Below are positions 63,629 to 64,000 of a stretch of 64,000 nucleotides of DNA, in pieces (within the stretch, counting starts at the first letter, position 1; every line of letters starts with the position of its first letter). The notes beneath the pieces are model-generated. The model was not told the origin of the DNA, did no database searches, and saw only the letters and a list, made by a program, of their open reading frames with translations. Source of the DNA: Burkholderiales bacterium (GTDB taxonomy: Bacteria; Pseudomonadota; Gammaproteobacteria; Burkholderiales; SG8-39); contig DASRKB010000169.1 of assembly GCA_035649175.1 (NCBI GenBank), forward strand, positions 55,229 to 119,228, written 5' to 3'. The position numbers and the translations under genes were made by a program.

Positions 63629-64000
63629 CAAGACCGAATCCGAGGAGCTCGCCAAGGTATGCCGCGAGGTGGCGGAGCGATCCTCGAAGATCCTGGGCGA
63701 ATTCGCGAAGAAGCAATCCGAAACCCTCTCCGCCGCCGTGCGCGACGAGATGGGCATCGCCAAGGCGTTCATGGACCTGTACGGCCGCATGGCGGCCGAC
63801 CCGGCGCTCATGGCGAGCGTCTCGATGAACCTGTGGATCGACACCATGCGCCTCTGGCAGACAAGCTGGATGCGCATGCTCGGCGTGGAGGTCCCGCCGG
63901 TCGCGGAGCCGGCAAAGGGAGATTCGCGCTTCAAGGACGAGGACTGGTCGAGCAACTTCCTCTTCGACATGGTCAAGCAGTCCTACCTCATCGCCGCGCG
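63615..64000 (+). CDS. phaC: class I poly(3-hydroxyalkanoate) synthase, N-terminal fragment (3' end outside window)
   Basis: Absent from the ORF track because it is open to the window edge. My translation from ATG 63615 reads MQPADKTESEELAKV..AKGDSRFKDEDWSSNFLFDMVKQSYLIAA, which resembles the PhaC N-terminal domain. Confidence 0.7.
   Translation, partial: MQPADKTESEELAKVCREVAERSSKILGEFAKKQSETLSAAVRDEMGIAKAFMDLYGRMAADPALMASVSMNLWIDTMRLWQTSWMRMLGVEVPPVAEPAKGDSRFKDEDWSSNFLFDMVKQSYLIAA

Overview
High-G+C bacterial DNA; gene content (Bug/TctC binding protein, LiuR, IcmF) suggests a betaproteobacterium, which is inference only. I recognised no rRNA, tRNA, CRISPR array, transposase or integrase. 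The window has two parts. (1) About 3.4-31.5 kb is a mosaic copper-homeostasis island. It holds two P1B-type Cu ATPases, CueR, a CopZ-like chaperone, two Tat-exported multicopper oxidases, a TolC-like protein, a cupredoxin and a CusF-like protein. It also holds DUF305, DUF411/CopG, DUF4396, DUF2933, ICMT-like, SHOCT and CcdA genes, several c-type cytochromes, an orphan Rieske protein and a sub-cluster of tiny Cys-motif membrane proteins that looks lower in G+C. Two gene relics mark old recombination or deletion junctions. (2) About 31.5-64 kb is acyl-CoA metabolism: icmF, an acyl-CoA ligase with a Liv-type ABC importer and a PaaK-like ligase, and a 12-gene translationally coupled leucine/isovalerate (liu) operon with its MerR-type regulator LiuR. 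The window ends with an MBL hydrolase and the 5' end of phaC. Most notable observations: an ECF sigma factor ORF with no stop codon runs in frame into an exported DJ-1/PfpI protein. A TTGACCTTCCC MerR-type promoter motif occurs three times. An identical 22-bp perfect palindrome lies in front of both icmF and the liu genes, with geometry predicting a leaderless icmF mRNA. There is an AhpD-like/HD-GYP fusion protein. Two genes are frameshifted. A 21-nt hairpin repeat sits just after two stop codons. I found no clear-cut novel defence-type or mobile system.
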